A stretch of DNA of 64,000 nt from Psammoneis japonica (lineage: Eukaryota): positions 1-64,000 of the forward strand of contig QPGO01000148.1 of the NCBI GenBank assembly GCA_008632985.1, in the 5' to 3' direction. Below are positions 49,525 to 60,464 of the stretch, piece by piece. The translations under genes were made by a program, and so were the position numbers. The stretch's first letter is position 1. Every line of letters starts with the position of its first letter. The notes under the pieces are model-generated. The model ran no database searches, had not been told where the DNA came from, and worked only from the letters and a program-made list of their open reading frames with translations.

Positions 49525-50757
49525 CTTCCCTGTGTCTCCGCGTCAACTGCTGACAATTGCACAGCAACGGACGAGTGGGACTGCCAGTCCGTCGCCCAGC
49601 GACATTCCGCTGATCGGTTTTCAACAATGAGACCTGGAGAACTGGCTGGGGCACCCTCGTTGTGTTGTGCAGTTTGAAGAAAAGGGGACCGGCTGATCTG
49701 GGTTGTGTTGGCAGACGGCGCAAGCTCCTTTTTCCTTGACATTGTCAAGAACATGTGTGTTCCAAGGCCACCATTGTCGGTGGGTCGTCTCCGTCTGTCA
49801 CATCTCTTCCCTGTGTCTCCGCGTCAACTGCTGACAATTGCACAGCAACGGACGAGTGGGACTGCCAGTCCGTCGCCCAGTGATGTTCCGCCAATCGGTT
49901 TTCAATGACAAGACCTGGAGAACTGGCTGGGGCACCCTCGTTGTGTTGTGCAGTTTGAAGAAAAGGGGACCGGCTGATCTGGGTTGTGTTGGCAGACGGG
50001 GCAAGCTCCTTTTTCCTTGACATTGTCAAGAACACATGTGTTCCAAGGCCACTGTTGTCGGTGGGTCGTCTCCGTCTGTTGCATCTCTTCCCTGTGTCTC
50101 CGCGTCAACTGCTGACAATTGTGCAGCAACGGACGAGTGGGACTGCCAGTCCGTCGCCCAGTGACATTCCGCCAATCGGTTTTCAACAACAAGACCTGGA
50201 GAACTGGCTGGGGCACCCTCGTTGTGTTGCACAGTTTGAAGAAAAGGGGACCGGCTGATCTGGGTTGTGTTGGCAGACGGGGCAAGCTCCTTTTTCCTTG
50301 ACATTGTCAAGAACACATGTGTTCCAAGGCCACTGTTGTCGGTGGGTCGTCTCCGTCTGTTGCATCTCTTCCCTGTGTCTCCGCGTCAACTGCTGACAAT
50401 TGTGCAGCAACGGACGAGTGGGACTGCCAGTCCGTCGCCCAGTGACATTCCGCCAATCGGTTTTCAACAACAAGACCTGGAGAACTGGCTGGGGCACCCT
50501 CGTTGTGTTGTGCAGTTTGAAGAAAAGGGGACCGGCTGATCTGGGTTGTGTTGGCAGACGGCGTGAGCTCCTTTTTCCTTGACGTTGTCAAGAACACACA
50601 CTTTCCAAGGCCACTGTTGTCGGTGGGTCGTCATCGTCTGTTGCATCTCTTCCCTGTGTTTCCGCGTCTGTCGCCCACCGACAGTCCGCCAACTGGGTTT
50701 TCAACAACAAGACCTGGAGAACTGGCTGGGGCACCCTCGTTGTGTTGTGCAGTTTGA
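49525..50757. repeat. 281-bp tandem repeat, ~4.4 copies, inside the CACTA element
   Basis: Unit starts at 49525, 49806, 50087, 50368, 50649; last copy internally deleted. Confidence 0.95.
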
Positions 50758-50800
50758 CGCAAACAAGGCAGCAGCAAAGGGAAGCGAGGATTCGCCTGCG

Positions 50801-53800
50801 ATGTCAAGGGACAATGGAATGAAAGCTCTTGCCAAAGCGGCTGTTGTGGCTTCCCGAGAAGAGAATGAGGAAATCCGGTTGTCACAGGAGGAGAACAACC
50901 ACAATTCCCAGGAAGAAGATGTGGAAGAAGAGGAGGAGGAAATGCCGGAGGAAATGCGGACATCAGAGGAGGACAAGGAAGCTGTGAATTCTAAGGAAAT
51001 GGACAATGATGCTTCTCAGGAGAAGAAAGATGCGGGTTCTTTACCAAAATCATCAAAATCCAAGGAGGGGGACATTCAACACATTCCCACCAAGCTCCGG
51101 CGTTTTGTGAATGCAATCAAACATGACATGTCAAAGCGTGTGTGGGACAATGTCCACCACACTTGTCCCTTGTTTACCGTGGTCAACCCAAGCACAGAAC
51201 CAAAATCACTGACAACACTGGCAAATTCTGGACGCGGGCCGAACAATCGCGGGAAGAAACACATTTTGTTGCATCACAACCAGAAGGGGTTGTCATCCGA
51301 CTTCGGCAAAGAAGCAAGTAAAAAAGCAAGGGCAGCTGTAAAGGATTTTCTTCTTCGTGAATTTAATCAAGAAAACGAAGGCGACATTGTCGACTTGTTG
51401 AACAACAAACACACTCACATTTTGGGAATTTGTGCAATGCCAAAAAATCAAGAAAGTGGCAAACTGGCAACTGATCTTGTCGCTGCATTGTTGTGTCGGT
51501 GCATTGAATTGGTGCCAGCAACAATTGTTGACCATGTTTGAGTCGACAGAGGAGCCAAAGTGCACAACCATGGGTTGTGCCCCTTCCTGATTAGCCTGGC
51601 TCAATCTGTCGGCCACACGGTTGTTGGCACTTGGGACACAATGCTGCATTGTCAAGTCAAGCTCAAACAACACTGCTGTGAAAGTTTGGGTTTCGAGGAC
51701 ATCACAGAGGAAATGAATGAGGAGCCCTCTTGGGAAAGAGTGAGACACCATTGGAGTTGGAATGCTTTGATCAAAGAGGACGGAGATGACACCAGGGCAC
51801 TGATGGTGAAACGCAGAGTCACCACACGTTGTGCAAAAATTGCGTTGCCCATCTCTCACACAGAGGATGATTTCCAGTGCAATGTAAAACATTGGCGAGA
51901 TCGTGTTGGGTTCTGGAGCAGCAAGAAGAGACCCGCCGATCAACACCAAGATTTGGTGGATCAAGAGAAAGACCTCATCTACAAATCGTCAGTGGTGATG
52001 GTTGGTGATGCGACACTGGATTCTTTTAAAGATTCCTGGCAAAAACACATGGATGGACGCCAATGGTTTGACACTGGAAAGTGCATTCACGAATCCTGCG
52101 AATGTTGCGTGGGTGCAAGTGACGCCAACCAAGTTAAGTCACATTTCGAGACAACGGCTTTGTTTGCCGCAAGCGTCAATTTCTCCTGCCAAATGAGCAA
52201 ATTGGCAAATGATGAAACATGGAAAAGAGCGGCATTTTGATCGAGGACTTCCGAGCTGGCTCAAAGAGCGAAATGTGTGAGGGGCAAGTTTGACGCAACT
52301 GCGGAGTCGGGAACTGACAACCGGAAGTGTGTTCTCAACCCCAAGCATTGCCAACGGAGTCGGAGCGATTCAGATGAAGACATGGAAATGGAAATGCCTT
52401 TGGGTGATGATGGAGCCACACGTCAACTTCTTGAAAGCATCCATTTGAAGTGCAACACGTGCAACATGGTGTTTCCCATCGATTACAACCAGGAAGATCA
52501 AGGTGGACTGTCACCAGCAGCAACTTTGTTTTCAGCGCTTGCGGGACCTTGCCATGATCATGCAATGTGTGTTCCGGGCAAGTGCCCCATTTGCACTGCA
52601 CAAAGCAAAAGTGCAGTGTACGAACTGCTGGTTGGTGCTGCATGAGAAGACAGAGAAACTCTGAAGGACCTAGAGAAACGCCAAGTGCGGTTGAACAAAA
52701 AGGATTTCTTTCTGCCACCTTTGCGACACATTGCAATTTGGTGCAAAGAAGCGGAACAACTGCATTGGTGCCAGATCAATCGGTCATTCCGACAATGTCG
52801 TTTTACAGAGCTGGCGAAGGAGGCGATGCTTGACAAAAAATTCTCTGCAAGGGGAAACAAGAGAGAAAAGAAGGAACCGAAACCACAAGAGGGAGATGGT
52901 GACCTAGAGGAAGAGGAGTCCGAATTGGAACCAGAAGATCAAGGTCTCCTTGTGTCACAAAGAAAAGTGTTGTCTGCCAGGGACAAGAAATGTCAAGATC
53001 TACGTCATGAGGCGAGGATGTGCTGTGAGGATGCCAAAGAATTGGAACGGCTGCATGGTTTTGAGCAGGTCGATCGGGCCACACGGCCGGATGAAAGTGA
53101 GGTGCCAGGTGATGCTGTTGATTGTGAAGGACCAGTTTTACATGGATGGTTCGAAGATTTCAAGCACGGCAGAACATTTGCTGGAGACTGTTTTGGAGCG
53201 ACGAATGACAAGGACATTGGAGGAGGGCCGATGAACCTTGTTCGAGCCGCAATTGAGGAAGCTAAAAAGAAACCTGACACAAGAGTGATTTTCAATGCCA
53301 GACAAAAGAGGCAAATTGGCAAAAGAGCTGATCACGCAACAAACAATGGTCAGGTTCACAAAGTGAGATGGCTGACAGCAAAGGAGCCAATGAAGGAGGG
53401 GCTTGTGGCCGATGATGATTTTGAAGGTCCGGAGGGAACGCCAGCATTTGTGGGGGTTGGCACAAGGAAGAAACCGTGCCATCACACCATGGAGTGGGCA
53501 AGAGCCAATTTTCAGCAGCGATGTCCCACAGTGCACAAGGCCATGTGTGATTGGGAACCAGGGAAGAAATGGTGCAGACTGCCGGAGGGTCACGTGTTGG
53601 ATAAAAGCGGGCTGGAATTTCCCAGCTCGGGACCCCCAGTCAAACATCAACAAGGGGAGAAAGACACGTGCGTGTTTTTGAGCCTGGCCAGTGTCCCAAA
53701 TTACATTGGAGATGAAAGGATGGAGCGACACATTGTGAATTGCATGGATCATTCTTGCAGATCAGAGAACACCAACAACAAACGGTTGGAGTTTGCCGTT

Positions 53801-54199
53801 GGCATGTTGTTGGGACAAAAGCAGAAGCTTTGTCCTCCACTGGCTGCATCAATGAAGTGGCGCGCATGCAAGAAGCGTCAGAAAATGGCAGCTGGCAAGA
53901 GGGGATTCTTCGATTTGACCACCCACGTTGCCGATGACATCGTTCTTTGTCGGTTGACAAACAATCACTGCATTGCTTTGCACGGTGGTTGGATCTTCGA
54001 CTCCAATCATGAATTCGCTCTTCCGGCAAAAGACATTCAGTGGTTGAATTGGTGTTTGGGGAATGACACATTTGAAACAGATGCACTGGCAGAAGATCCA
54101 AAATCAGCAGTGGAGGAAGCAGTTTTTTTTGAAATGCCGAAGGCTGTCCAAACAAGGTTGCGTAAATGCAAGCGGCAAGACAATGCAACCACAGGTTAA
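50801..54199 (+). pseudogene. ~1130-codon GNAT acetyltransferase + papain-like (C39-like) peptidase fusion, broken by three in-frame TGA
   Basis: ORFs 50579, 51560, 52277 and 52685 share one frame. GNAT-like NHGL..FLI and CCESLGF (=YYESLGF). Peptidase QQGEKDTCVFLSLAS, NHCIAL, WIFDSN. Confidence 0.65.
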
Positions 54200-55569
54200 T
54201 TCTTCTCACTTGGCATGGTTGTCGGGGCCAACGATTTCCAGGCATGCAGGCGTTTGCGAGTCACCAATGTTTTGCTGACAAGCCCGGCCTTTTCTGCAGC
54301 ACGCAACAGTTGGCACGTTTGCGGCAGTGTGTGAGGCTTCCCACCAAGGACATTCATCATGAGCCCCTTGGTTTGAAAACACGTGCCCGCGGGTTGATCC
54401 GCAAAATGACTGAGCAATTTGTGCACGCCGCTCATTTCCTCGTCCGTGTGCGGGTGTGCGTTTAACCAACAGCGGCATCCATCAACAATGCATTGGCTCA
54501 CAAGAGGCTTCGTCCACTGATCGTGCTTTTGGACTTTCACGTTGTCCAATGGGGTGGCGCAAAGCAAAGGAAGGAAACGATTCTTGGTCGCTGGCGTCAG
54601 ATCACTTCGTTTCACAGGAGCAAACACAAGCAAGCCGCTGCCCCACGCATCTTGCTCTGTCACTTTGAGTTTCTTTAGGACAGTTTGTTGACGCTTGGCT
54701 GTGAGACAAAACTGTGAAGTTGCAGTCTTCCATGTCATGACAATTTGTTTGCAATCCATGCCCGTGGAGGTGCCACGATTGGGAAGAGATGATGTCATGC
54801 TGCAAAACCGATTGTGATGATCGGGTTTTGCTAAAACTGTGCCAGCTTGCAGCCATTTGCCCATGGCAACACAGGCAACAGCATCAACAAAATGCTTGGG
54901 TTTAGCCAGGCATGACAGCATGCATCCACTGCGTCCGCCTGTCACAATTTCGTCAACAACAATCTCAAAGGAATGGCGGTGAGCCAACCGACCAAGAGAT
55001 TCTAGAAAGTTGTCGCTGAGTGTTGCACCATTGTTTGCCAGCATTAATTCTAAAAACAATGCAGCGATTGGCACCTTCTTTGCAGCCTGCATCAAACAAC
55101 GGAGATGAATGTGGTTGAGACAATCGTTTTCGCACTCACTGAGCTCCGCGGAGCTCAGAGTGCCTGGCACATGATGCGGCAGCACAATGGTGTGATTGCG
55201 TGTAAAAGAGTCAAACACGTCGTCCGGATGCATTGCTGCGCTCGGACCATGTTCTGCACTGAACGTGCTGGCAGTCCAACAGTGGACAGGCCCATGATCA
55301 CCGGCCACATAACTTCCACATGCAATCAAACATCCGTCATTGTGCCCTCCCGTCACAGAATTAATTGCAAACAAATTTGCATCGGAGCCGTTTGGCATCA
55401 CTTTGTGCAGCAGCAATTCACCATCAAAGTGACGAAAAACAACTTCTTCTAACTGCTTGTGGTGGCCGATGTCCATGGAAGAATTCATCAAATCTTCGCC
55501 ATTGCGTTTTAAGCCACGCGGGCTAACGGCAACCAAATTGCACCCCCAATTGTTTGCCATGTCGTCCAT
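54196..55569 (-). CDS. class-III PLP-dependent aminotransferase-like protein (hypermutated cargo)
   Basis: NGSDAN, GSYVAG, LFLE, VVDEIVTGGRSG, MGKWLQAG. Confidence 0.75.
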   Translation of the reverse strand: MDDMANNWGCNLVAVSPRGLKRNGEDLMNSSMDIGHHKQLEEVVFRHFDGELLLHKVMPNGSDANLFAINSVTGGHNDGCLIACGSYVAGDHGPVHCWTASTFSAEHGPSAAMHPDDVFDSFTRNHTIVLPHHVPGTLSSAELSECENDCLNHIHLRCLMQAAKKVPIAALFLELMLANNGATLSDNFLESLGRLAHRHSFEIVVDEIVTGGRSGCMLSCLAKPKHFVDAVACVAMGKWLQAGTVLAKPDHHNRFCSMTSSLPNRGTSTGMDCKQIVMTWKTATSQFCLTAKRQQTVLKKLKVTEQDAWGSGLLVFAPVKRSDLTPATKNRFLPLLCATPLDNVKVQKHDQWTKPLVSQCIVDGCRCWLNAHPHTDEEMSGVHKLLSHFADQPAGTCFQTKGLMMNVLGGKPHTLPQTCQLLRAAEKAGLVSKTLVTRKRLHAWKSLAPTTMPSEKN

Positions 55570-56447
55570 GGCGTCGTTTGGGATTGTTCAATGCGCAAAA
55601 GAGCAAGATGCAAGATTCAAGAAGAGTCCCAAAAGATGATTGGATGGAAAAGAGGGGAGGGATCGCAGCTCTGTTGATGGGCTTACACAGCGCAGAGGAT
55701 TTGTGAAAATGAGGTGGAGCAACGCATGTGCTCTCAATCACCAAAAGCGCAAAACACGTGCATTCTGCTGCACTGCGCATTTGCAGACAAGCCCTGCACG
55801 CAGGGCCCCACACATGTTCCACACGCTGAAAGAGCAGCACGCGCGCGCACATGCACTCCCACCCAATCGTGTGATTGCACAATGCATTTCATTCAACAAC
55901 GTAGATGAAGCAAGCACTTTAAAAAAGAACACACATGAAAAATCAAACTTCAATTGTGGAAAATCATGCATTCAAAAGTGAACCAATGAGAACCCAATTT
56001 TTGTTCAAGGAAAATTTTGTTTCAAATGGGAGGAAAGAACAATCTTCTTAACACAACAGGTCGACATGGTTGTCAATGTTCATTTCAGAACAACAATGCT
56101 TGATTGAAACAATGAAAAATGCAGAAAAGAACAAAACTGAATGCAATTCAAAAACCGTGCAATGAGAACATGCAACCGTGACTTTGCAATTGTGTTGAAC
56201 AGATTCGGCTCGTCCCGGACCATCCACAAGCACAAAAAGCGATTAGAAGTCGAAAACACAATGACAAATTCATTTCATCAGACACAGGTGTCGGTCGTCA
56301 GCCTTGATCTTACAAACACATCGAGGGCAAACACTTCAACAGAGGGAAACACAACCCCGTCAAGGACAGATGTTGCAACAGTGGGGAACACAGGTGGGTG
56401 CATTTGAAATCAAAGTGTGCGTTTGGAAGCTAACATTGTGATCTGAC

Positions 56448-57743
56448 ATGCAGTGGGAAGCTTCCACAACAAATCCAGGGGAAAAAATGACAGCACCCAA
56501 TCGTCCATTGGATCATCCAAGAGACTTTTTCCATCCGACGACAGGGGCCAACCCCACAAGACCAGAGGATGCTGCTCTTTTGTGGTCATGCCGAAAGGCA
56601 CGTCCACAACTTGGTGAGGTGGAGACGGTGCCACCCAATGGCAAGAAGATGCTGCAAGAGGTGGCACAAATCCGGTCGTCCCTTCGACAACACGTCATGA
56701 CTCAACACCTGGAGGGCTGTCGGAAAAATGCAATGGACAAGGAAGTGGCAATGCCATCAACAAACACCAATCCCGTCACAACAGAAGACTTCAAAAACAT
56801 TCTGGCAAGCATGGACAACACAACCGAGAATCAGCAGCTCGTGTGTCAAGTTTTCCATGCCTTTCATCACAACAGAGGATGGCTGGCTGCTGCCATTGAC
56901 AAATGGTTCACCGCAAACAACACGAAGCTCATGCTGCACGCCACGGACGCTTCCAGCAAACCTCGCAAAATGTGTCGCGATGACAGAGGCGGGTTTGCTG
57001 TGGTGGCACGCCAAGCCAAATGTCAAATGATTAAAACGTTCATGGAGTTTATGCTGCGGAAAGCAGGCTGGTGTGTGGCAACTACAATGCACAAGAGCAA
57101 CAAGGAGAATGGAGGTAAAACACATGTGGCCGTCCCCGCTGCAACCAATGCGGAAACAACAACCAAAGCAAAGTTTTACGTCGTGTCGATGAAACCAGTG
57201 GCGGTGAGTTAGTCGCACATTGTTTGTTTGTCCTTTTGTTGACAATCTTGTTTGGTTGACGACTTCGTCCCCATTTCCGGTCCTTGACAGCAGGAGGAGA
57301 ACACCGAAGCATCAAAACAAGTTGCTCAGGGAGCATCCAGCAAAGACATTGACATTGCATCCCTTGTGGACCTCACGAAAACAGCAAGCATGTTGTCAGA
57401 ACAAATGGGAGTTCTGCTGTCCAAGGAAGATTTGCTCCAGTCGATTCGTGGCAGCATGACAGTCACCAGTTCATCCCAAATGGTCAACGAAGAGATTGTG
57501 CTTGATCCGCAACATGAGTCCAAAACTCAGGTGTCAACACTGACCATGGACACCGCGCTAAATTGCCCATCCGAACCAACGGCAAAGCGGAAGTTAACCG
57601 AGAAGGAGAAGGAGGCAGAGCAAATTCCTCGTCGGGAGCGCAATGATGAACTAGAACCCCTCACCATGGATTTGGATGTCATCGATGGTTGGAATTCCAA
57701 TGACGAAGAGTTGGCAGAAATGGTGTCACAGGTGACTGTGTGA
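56448..57743 (+). CDS. hypothetical cargo protein, probably two exons (intron starting GTGAGT near 57204)
   Basis: 254-aa ORF plus a downstream charged ORF; no family recognised. Confidence 0.4.
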
Positions 57744-57959
57744 TTTGGTGGTCCAATTGCTGTGGTGTTGGATGGCTCTAACCAACTTCCGCTTTGATGC
57801 CTTGTTTGGCTTGTCAGACACAGTTGTCTGGGTCCCCTTGTTGCAGGACGGAACAAGAGCCCGGGAGCGCTCCAGCGGTGAGAAAAATGTGTTGTGTCAT
57901 GCGGCTGAATTGCACGTCGCTCACACCACTGTTCTTCATGCAAAAGGTTGATGAGATGG

Positions 57960-58530
57960 ACGAGCCAACTGGTGCAAAAGAAAAGGTGAGAGCATTGTCG
58001 GTGCTCCAGCTGTCAATTTGGACTGTTGCTCCAACAGCTCTTTGGCCTCATTGGGTTGCTGGATGCCACACCAAACCATCCCAGACAGTTGAAACACTGG
58101 AGCGAGCACAAAAAAAACAAGTGAGTGAACAGAGTTCTGAGGCAGAGCGCGACACATGGATTGGATTGACCAATCACACTGCTCCTGCTGTTCTTTATGA
58201 CCAGGCAAATGAGGTGGTTGACAGTGGCAACAATGAAAAGGTGAGAGCAATGTCGGTGCTCCAGTTGCAAATGAAACAATTGCTCCAACCACTTTGGGGC
58301 GTCATTGCTGGATGCCAGACTCAACCATCCCCAGTTGCTGAAATGCCAGAGAGAGCACCACAGAAGATGGCAAGATCACATTGTCTTGCAGCCAATTGTG
58401 CAATTCATCGGACACGTCTCACACAGCCATTGTTGTTTGCAATGAGAAAGGTCGAAGAGACAATGGCAAATGGCGCAAATGAAAAGGTGAGAGCATTGTT
58501 GGTGCTCCGGATTGCCATTGAGAAGTTGAT
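57960..58530. repeat. three diverged ~250-bp units sharing GAAAAGGTGAGAGCAwTGTyGGTGCTCC
   Basis: Core motif at ~57980, ~58235 and ~58481. Confidence 0.7.
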
Positions 58531-58889
58531 CTGACGGCATTCAATGTGTGTCATGATGGCATTTCTTTTGCAGACTCAACCAGCCAACCACTCTAAACCA
58601 TTGTTAAATCCATTGCAAAACAAAGCGGTGAGAATGCATGATGAAGTCGTGCGGATTGTGCGCAGCATCTTGGAAACATCACCTCTCACTTTGTTGTTTG
58701 TTTGCAACAAAGACAAAGACAGCAAATGACAAACGCACACACAAAACTACAACACTCGTTGTGGCTCAAGTGGATCAAACAACTGCTTGCAATTTGCAGG
58801 CACAGAGCAAACGTCATTGTTGATTTGGCATGCCTGTTGTTGTGTTGTCTTGTTCACGCACGCAAACCAATTGTGTTTGTTTGTTTGTG

Positions 58890-59205
58890 TTTGCAGTGCA
58901 AGTGCGAGGAGGCTCACTTGTTCCATGCCTTGGTCCATCAAGATGACGGAAAATATTTCACTCAAGCACACTTCAAAACCAACCCACTGTTCCCTGCAAA
59001 GTGCTGTGGCGAAAAGTGTGATGTTGTTTTTGGATCAAGCAGTTACAAGGTTGGACAAAGAAAGGCAGTTTGGGTTTGCATGAACACATTGAATGGTTCT
59101 TGCAATTGCAGGTTTGCATTGTGTGTGCAGTGTCATCAAAAGACCATGTCAGCTGCATCTAACAAACGGCGCCGAAGGACAACCCGAAACAACAACAACA
59201 AATGA
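58890..59205 (+). CDS. Cys-rich zinc-finger-like exon (CCGEKC...WVC...CRFALCVQC) with basic tail
   Basis: Cys spacing; note some Cys may be mutated Tyr. Confidence 0.35.
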
Positions 59206-59782
59206 CAAGGCAACGCAACACATGCGCACGACGCAACACAATGTGCAATTGCTTGGGATTGATTTCACCGGCACAGTCAGGGTTCGGCGGATGTGTTTGT
59301 CAACAGAGTCAATCGAAGCACAGCTTCGTAAATGACAGTTGTTCAGAGCATCAGCAAATTTGTTCACAGTTGTGATCTGTTTAAATGGAGAGGCTGTCGT
59401 CATCCGTTGTTCATTCAGAGCTTTGCTCTAGTTAAATGTCCGTTGTTCATTCAGAGCTTTGCTCCAATTAAATGGAGATTCCACGGGCATCCAAACATTG
59501 TTCAGAGTCGTGCTCTGATTGAATGGACACAATCACAGCAGCGCTCTGAATGTCAGCACAATGCTCTAATTTGCAAATCAATGCTCTGGATGCAATGCTC
59601 CAAACAAAATTCTATGGCTTCGAATGACCAAATTTACTCTGATTGTGCTCTGTGTGGGCGTCATTGCCTCAATTGGCTCTCATTTGCTCTGAATGTCCCA
59701 CATTGTGTCGGGACAATTTAAACAAAGCGTTGCTCAGAATAAAATGTTCGGAGCATGAATGAAGAGAATCTCATCTGCAGTG

Positions 59783-60174
59783 TTGCATCCCTTGGACGCT
59801 GCCACCATGGCGAGACCGACACCCGCATTGCCCGACGTGGGCTCCACCAGAGTCGTTTTGCCAGGTTCAATGTCACCGCGCTTTTCGGCTTCCGCAATCA
59901 TGGAAAAGGCAATGCGGTCCTTGACGGAATTGGCGGGATTCAAGGACTCGAGCTTGGCGACCATTTCAGCGACACAACCGTCTGTGACCTTGTTGAGCTT
60001 CATGAGTGGAGTGTTGCCAATCAGATCCAACATGGAGTCGGCAATCTTGGACTGGGCGTGCAGTGCAACATGACGAGTCTTCTTGGTGGAGGATGACAGA
60101 GAAGGAACAGGCGCAAAGGCACACGACAAGGCCACGAGAGAAGCAGCGACTGCGGCCAAGCAAAGGAACTTCAT
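59783..60174 (-). pseudogene. cysK: cysteine synthase 5' half with bipartite plastid-targeting presequence
   Basis: Signal peptide + [40 protein letters not shown]. Confidence 0.95.
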
Positions 60175-60440
60175 CGTCTTCCGGCAAAATGTTGTGTGGG
60201 GTGAAGATTGAAGATCTTTCGCACATGGGCTCGCCCCGGCTTGGGAGGGCGGACAGCTTCAGGCTCGAATTATTTGACAGTGTGGAGTTCGCGCAGTGTC
60301 GCACTGGTGGGGCCCTGACAAGAATGGACACTGAACAAGCCAAGTGCAGGGGATCTGAGTCCTGTTGTGCAGTTGGAAGAGCTGACAATAGAGAGAATGA
60401 ACAATCTCTCTAATGTGCGTGTGCCGCACTCTAGATTGCC

Positions 60441-60464
60441 AGAGAGAGAGAGAGAGAGAGAGAG
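60441..60464. repeat. (AG)12 microsatellite
   Basis: Direct reading. Confidence 0.95.

Larger units (their letters stand above)
41114..59782 (+). mobile_element. 18.7-kb CACTA/EnSpm (CMC) DNA transposon inserted in cysteine synthase
   Basis: Termini CACTGCAAATGAGAATC / reverse complement CACTGCAGATGAGATTC; 2-bp TT duplication; many subterminal CAGAGC / GCTCT motifs at both ends; removal rejoins KG(Y)|KLILTMP. Confidence 0.92.

Noticed and set aside
49525..50757. Repeated small ORFs (MFLTMSRKK..., MLADGASS...)
   Set aside because: By-products of the 281-bp tandem unit; no coding evidence.
50801..54199. TGA read-through or alternative genetic code
   Set aside because: CGA->TGA decay in a mutated element is simpler; the intact proteasome gene ends in TGA.
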